Shown: in pieces, positions 61,602 to 64,000 of the stretch
Layout: each line of letters opens with the position of its first letter
Numbering within the stretch: position 1 is the first letter of the stretch
Source: Macrostomum hystrix
Taxonomy: Eukaryota > Animalia > Platyhelminthes
Reading direction: 5' to 3'
Assembly (NCBI GenBank): GCA_950097015.1
Contig: CATNEN010000001.1
Coordinates: 25,234,001-25,298,000 of the forward strand
DNA length: 64,000 nt
Made by a program: the position numbers and the translations under genes
Notes under the pieces: model-generated
Database searches by the model: none
What the model was told of the DNA's origin: nothing
The model's input: only the letters and a program-made list of their open reading frames with translations

Positions 61602-63772
61602 TCACACTGCGCACACAGCCGCAGCAGCCTCCACCAGAGCCGGGTGCTGAGCGCGAGGCAGATTTGACAGTCGAACTAGCAGATTGCGCCATTCGATTTC
61701 GTCGTCGGATTTCGGCAGCACGAAGCTGGTGGCTCGGTCCCAGCTGACCGGAGCTTCGTCTGGCAGTTCAACGCCCTCCTCGGTGACTAGGAGCACCTGG
61801 CAGTGCTTGCTACCGTGGAAACAGGCGCGCAACATGCGGCTTTCAAGGCTGTCCGGAGTGCGCAGACTGCTGGCCATGGCCCGACCGATGAAGAACAGGG
61901 CAGCACGCACTGAGGGCTGCGAGGGAGGGGGCGATTGGTAGTGAGACAGAGTCATGTTAAAAGCATCAGTATCAAAATCTCTTCTCAATATAAAATGAAT
62001 ATCGAGACAGAGACAGCCGACACCACAGAAGCAGCTATTGCGCGGCGCATCTGAAGGCTGCGTACGGCCTTCAGTGGTGTGGTGTCCATGGACTGGGGGA
62101 ACGCCACACCCAACCTCAATTACCCCCAGACAGTGGTGTGGTGTCCATGGACTGTGGGAACGCCACACCCAACCTCAATTACCCCCAGACAGTGGTGTGG
62201 TGTCCATGGACTGGGGGAACGCCACACCCAACCTCAATTACCCCCAGACAGTGGTGTGGTGTCCATGGACTGGGGGAACGCCACACCCAACCTCAATTAC
62301 CCCCAGACAATGCTGGTACCCATATAACAGCTGCATGAACTGAAGCCATGCAGAGTTAAGTGACTTGCTAGAGGGCCAAATTGTTTCAGTGGAGCCGGGA
62401 ATCGAACCTCCGACCTTCAATTCGTGAGTCCGAAGCTCTAACCACAAGGCAACAACCTCGAAAAAAACTCAAAATTATTTTAATTTTCAATCATTTAAAA
62501 TGAAGATTCAATCATTCAAAATGAAGATTCAATCATTCAAAATGAAGATTCAATCATTCAAACTGAAGGTTTCAATCATTCAAAATGAAGATTCAATCAT
62601 TCAAAATGAAGATTCAATCATTCAAAATGAAGATTCAATCATTCAAAATGAATATTCAATCATTCAAAATGAAGATTCAATCATTCAAAATGAAGATTCA
62701 ATCATTCAAAATGAAGATTCAATCATTCAAAATGAAGATTCAATCATTCAAAATGAATATTCAATCATTCAAAATGAAGATTCAATCATTCAAAATGAAG
62801 ATTCAATCATTCAAAATGAAGATTCAATCATTCAAAATGAATATTCAATCATTCAAAATGAAGATTCAATCATTCAAAATGAAGATTCAATCATTCAAAA
62901 TAAAGATTCAATCATTCAAAATGAAGATTCAATCATTCAAAATGAAGATTCAATCATTCAAAATGAATATTCAATCATTCAAAATGAAGATTCAATCATT
63001 CAAAATGAAGATTCAATCATTCAAAATAAAGATTCAATCATTCAAAATGAAGATTCAATCATTCAAAATGAAGATTCAATCATTCAAAATGAAGATTCAA
63101 TCATTCAAAATGAAGATTCAATCATTCAAAATGAAGATTCAATCATTCAAAATGAAGATTCAATCATTCAAAATGAAGATTCAATCATTCAAAATGAAGA
63201 TTCAATCATTCAAAATGAAGATTCAATCATTCAAAATGAAGATTCAATCATTCAAAATGAAGGTCTCAATCATTCAATCATTAAAAAATGTCCAATCCAT
63301 CGCAGCTCACATGAGCCAGTTGCTCATTCTCGAACAGGTGCAGCGATTCGGAGCCGAAGTACTGCAGGCGAGTGTCCTCATTGGAGCAGTACGGTGCCAC
63401 GAACACCCCGGACTCGGCCAGGTTGACAGGCTCAGTGCGGCCCCGCTGGAACATGCAGATCAGGCGGCTGAGATTGACGCTCGGCATGCCGTTCGGATAT
63501 TCGTCAACCACAACCACGCACGACGGCAGGCGAAGAACGAACTGGACCTCAACTTCGGTTGCATTGCTGGGCATTAGGCGGGCCATGCAGCCACGCCTGA
63601 CTGGCGAGCTTTCTGGCTCAGCGGCTGGTAGGGCCGGCTGGCCCAGCGAGAAGGCGATGAGCTGGCCGAGACGCAGCAGCTGGAAATCCTCGCTAGGCTC
63701 CAGGATGCTGCGAAGCACCTGCGAGACAGTCTGGCCGCGAACCTGGTTCAAGGCCTCGTGAAGGATGGCCGA
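61602..63772 (-). CDS. 3' exons of an unidentified protein-coding gene continuing beyond the window; exons ~63311-63772 and 61602-61916
   Basis: GC-rich stop-free frames with a phase-0 junction CAT|GTGAGC...CTCGCAG|CCC. No family recognised; the outer exon limits are uncertain. Confidence 0.6.
62030..62460 (-). mobile_element. SINE family 3 copy with an internal 59-bp segment amplified 4 times
   Basis: Minus-strand head GAGGTTGTTGCCTTGTGGTTAGAGC...GGTTCGATTCC; tandem 59-mers at 62074-62310. Confidence 0.7.
62488..63282. repeat. 21-bp minisatellite
   Basis: TCAATCATTCAAAATGAAGAT units. Confidence 0.95.
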
Positions 63773-63801
63773 CTGCGGATTGCGGAATGTGCGCTGGTGA
63801 A

Positions 63802-64000
63802 AGCTGATTGGTGGGAAGAGGGTGACAGCTGATTGGTGGGCAGAGAGTGACAGCTGATTGGTGGGCAGAGGGTGACAGCTGATTGGTTGGCAAAGGGTGA
63901 CAGCTGATTGGTTGGCAGAGGGTGACAGCTGATTGGTGGGCAGAGGTTGGCAGTTGATTGGTGGGCAGAGGTTGGCAGTTGATTGGTGGGCAGAGGGTGA
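63802..64000. repeat. 25-bp minisatellite (runs off the window)
   Basis: AGCTGATTGGTGGGCAGAGGGTGAC units. Confidence 0.9.

Noticed and set aside
62500-63282. 'IIQNEDS' / 'MKIQSFK' repeat proteins (also TLQTADE at 6632 and LVTKEGN at 56494)
   Set aside because: They are intronic 21-bp minisatellites lying inside other genes.

Overview
Eukaryotic (metazoan) genomic DNA, most likely from a flatworm. The tropomyosin closely matches flatworm tropomyosins, and GC-rich exons set in introns full of 20-77 bp minisatellites suggest a Macrostomum-like genome (inference). Spliced gene models were rebuilt by hand using GT-AG sites and exon phases. (1) A USP6NL/RN-tre-like TBC RabGAP (+, 5 exons). (2) Inositol-pentakisphosphate 2-kinase IPPK (+, 9 exons), with an intronless antisense CREC/calumenin-like gene (HDEL) nested in intron 4. 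(3) A tropomyosin locus (-). (4) A small secreted PAN/apple protein (-). (5) ER hexose-6-phosphate dehydrogenase H6PD (-, 5 exons), whose intron 3 holds THAP, SDR and WSC+PAN gene debris. (6) The 3' part of an unidentified gene (-). The window also has three tRNA-derived SINE families, a hAT-type MITE carrying a satellite, more than 20 tandem arrays and a 2058-bp tandem duplication. The main finding is the tropomyosin locus, which encodes two almost completely separate, interdigitated proteins (284 aa canonical, 252 aa divergent). They share only one 134-nt exon, and staggered exon fusions lock the middle block into one path or the other by reading frame. Most long ORFs in the supplied track, including the 1966-aa ORF, are minisatellite artefacts.
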